A DNA stretch of 64,000 nt from Okamejei kenojei (taxonomy: Eukaryota): NCBI GenBank assembly GCA_035221665.1, contig CM069137.1:25234001-25298000 (forward strand), read 5' to 3'. Below are positions 63,504 through 64,000 of the stretch, piece by piece; the stretch's first letter is position 1; the number at the start of each line of letters is the position of its first letter. Both the position numbers and the translations under genes were made by a program. The notes below the pieces were generated by a model that was not told the DNA's origin, searched no databases, and saw only the letters and a list, made by a program, of their open reading frames with translations.

Positions 63504-63889
63504 AGCCCCTATCCCACAGGAGACCTAAACATCAACCTCTGGTGACCTTGCCCGTCACCCAATGTTTCCTTGAGGTCACCGGAGGTTTTGGTCACTCTCC
63601 CTAATGGTCGAAAGTGGTTTCTGTGGGTCGAGGCTTCATCTAGTTTGCTGCTATTTTTTCATCATGATTAAAACCGGCCTCGACGAAAAATAGGTTGCTG
63701 TTTTAAAAATCGATCATTTTTTTGTCGCATGTCTAGTTGAAAGCCGGTTTTCTTCATATCGAGGAAGGTTTTCAACATATGCATGGGAGGTGGTAGGAGG
63801 TTGCAGGTCACCTCGACCTTGATTTTCTTTTGGGTGGCGGGCAAGGTCACCAGAGGTTGCTGTTTAAGTCTCCTAAGTGGGACAGGGCT
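63504..63889. mobile_element. PIF/Harbinger-type MITE; TAA TSD
   Basis: TIRs AGCCCCTATCCCACAGGAGACCTAAAC / GTTTAAGTCTCCTAAGTGGGACAGGGCT; TAA at 63501-63503 and 63890-63892. Confidence 0.85.
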
Positions 63890-64000
63890 TAAGTGTCCTC
63901 CATTATATCTAGAGCTGAAGAGCTACATACACCACTCGTCTCTCTCCTCTGATATTACTTATTGAATGGAGCCACTGGCCTCAGCTAAAGTGGTAAGATA

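Overview
AT-rich, repeat-dense vertebrate genomic DNA. The repeat content (HE1-type V-SINEs, HER1/CR1 LINEs, SacSINE1-type DeuSINEs, Penelope fragments) points to a cartilaginous fish, most likely a skate or ray (inference). The only host gene I can support is the 3' end of ARHGAP15 (RhoGAP) on the minus strand: a 106-bp penultimate coding exon (55979-56084) and the last coding exon (10177-10360), separated by a 45.6-kb intron. The rest is intron or intergenic sequence with many mobile elements: the 5' half of a degenerate DIRS1-like element (1-2069), a 5'-truncated L1 ending at a 273-nt assembly gap, Rex1/Babar, CR1 and RTE LINE fragments, an internally deleted Gypsy element with both LTRs, a solo LTR, three Harbinger-type MITEs and many Penelope-derived short elements. 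Most notable: (1) about 90-200 bp Penelope-derived mini-elements that carry a minimal hammerhead-ribozyme core and have clear 8-17 bp target-site duplications; (2) a 135-bp internal coding fragment of the Polycomb gene AEBP2 inserted in the ARHGAP15 intron with an 11-bp duplication and no poly(A); (3) a TRIM-like Gypsy derivative; (4) an intron-like 59-nt segment before the DIRS gag start; (5) a highly structured, GC-rich non-autonomous retroelement. All family and gene assignments come from motif recognition, not database searches.
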